This document shows, piece by piece, positions 24,632-25,560 of a stretch of 25,560 nt of DNA. The DNA lies in the IMG/VR virus record IMGVR_UViG_3300028857_000027, positions 1 to 25,560 of that record, one strand, 5' to 3'. This DNA comes from a virus. Taxonomy: Duplodnaviria > Caudoviricetes. How positions within the stretch are numbered: the stretch's first letter is position 1; the number at the start of each line of letters is the position of its first letter. The position numbers and the translations under genes are program-made. Below the pieces are notes generated by a model. It was not told where the DNA came from, ran no database searches, and worked only from the letters and a program-made list of their open reading frames with translations.

Positions 24632-25183
24632 TCAGTCAGCGATCGTAATGGGCGCCGACAGGATGTTGAGGACTGGGTAGACACGCACCACTTGGCGGCG
24701 CATGTAGATGAAGAGGTCGTAACGGCGTACCCACTGCTGGTTGACCAGCTCGGGGACTGGGCGGATATCGGAAGCGCCGTAGAACGCCATCCGGTACACC
24801 TTCACCGCCTCACTGTTCTGAGGGACGAAGATGCCGTCGCGCAGAATCGAGGCGTAGGCCTGTGCCTGCGGGCCATAGAACGTGCAGAGAACCTGCAGTT
24901 CTTCGTGCATCTGGTATTGGTCGTGACCGTCATCCGACCCATCGTGATCAATGACAGGGTTAGCCACGGTCTTGGTCTCGTGGACGCCGATGGCGCACCA
25001 GTTGACGTCCGGTTCAGGCTGTTTTGGTGGCTTGGTTTGCCAACGTGGCCGCACGAACTTCCCCGTCAGGCCACTGATACCGACCACCATGGCCTGCAGA
25101 ACGTCTTCAAGGTCAGCGTCTTCCGCTGGCGCAGGCGAGCCCGCCGGCGCGAGGTAGCCGCCGGTTGCTGATGTGTTCGCCAT
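24632..25183 (-). CDS. Neck / tail terminator-like protein
   Basis: VRPRWQ..PP, FYGP, PEL.NQQW..RYD; upstream of the sheath gene. Confidence 0.7.
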   Translation of the reverse strand: MANTSATGGYLAPAGSPAPAEDADLEDVLQAMVVGISGLTGKFVRPRWQTKPPKQPEPDVNWCAIGVHETKTVANPVIDHDGSDDGHDQYQMHEELQVLCTFYGPQAQAYASILRDGIFVPQNSEAVKVYRMAFYGASDIRPVPELVNQQWVRRYDLFIYMRRQVVRVYPVLNILSAPITIAD

Positions 25184-25186
25184 GGA

Positions 25187-25558
25187 TTATCCCGCCAGTG
25201 GAAGAATGTCGCAGGTGGCGCAAACAAAGCCGCGCCCGAAGTGCTTGTAGTCGTTCACGTTGGACACGGTATAGCGCTTGCCCTTCCAGGTGACAATATC
25301 GGCGGTGGTGTCGCCTTCGCCGGCCGTCAACTTGAAGATGGTGTGAATGGTGATCGAGCCTTTCTTGCGCTCGGCACCCGCCAGGCGCTCCAAGATGTCA
25401 CCTTTATCGCTGGTGACCACGCCAGCGAACGGCGTGTTGGTGTCCGCTGTGGTGGTTCGTCCGTTATCCCCGACGGTTTGCATTGACCTGGTACAGATCA
25501 GGCCGAGGTCCATGAAATCCGGGTCAAGCAAGATTTCCGATACATCGAGCTGGGCCAT
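25187..25558 (-). CDS. Head-tail adaptor / head closure-like protein
   Basis: 123 aa, LDV...L.DPDF, D...W.G.RY.V; synteny. Confidence 0.65.
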   Translation of the reverse strand: MAQLDVSEILLDPDFMDLGLICTRSMQTVGDNGRTTTADTNTPFAGVVTSDKGDILERLAGAERKKGSITIHTIFKLTAGEGDTTADIVTWKGKRYTVSNVNDYKHFGRGFVCATCDILPLAG

Positions 25559-25560
25559 GG

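Overview
Part of a temperate, contractile-tailed phage genome, most likely from a Pseudomonas host (inferred from the tRNA-Cys att core and gene content). Left part (1-9997, + strand): early/accessory operon with a Bet/YqaJ recombination pair, several hypotheticals, a methyltransferase and an excisionase-like gene. It also carries a complete diversity-generating retroelement (DGR): two paralogous target genes, each ending in a variable repeat (VR1 3991-4095, VR2 4688-4789), then avd, a template repeat (TR 5388-5492) and a reverse transcriptase. All 15 (VR1) and 14 (VR2) mismatches to TR fall at TR adenines. The targets are small, apparently cytoplasmic early-region proteins, not the tail fibre. 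Middle: tyrosine integrase and an attP-like site (3' half of tRNA-Cys, TGTCCC arm-like repeats on both sides, and a LexA-like box). Right part (11315-25558, - strand): spanins, GH19 endolysin, tail fibre, baseplate, tape measure, a tail chaperone with a -1 frameshift, tube and sheath, with two antisense morons inserted in the tail operon. Family assignments come from motif recognition, not database searches.
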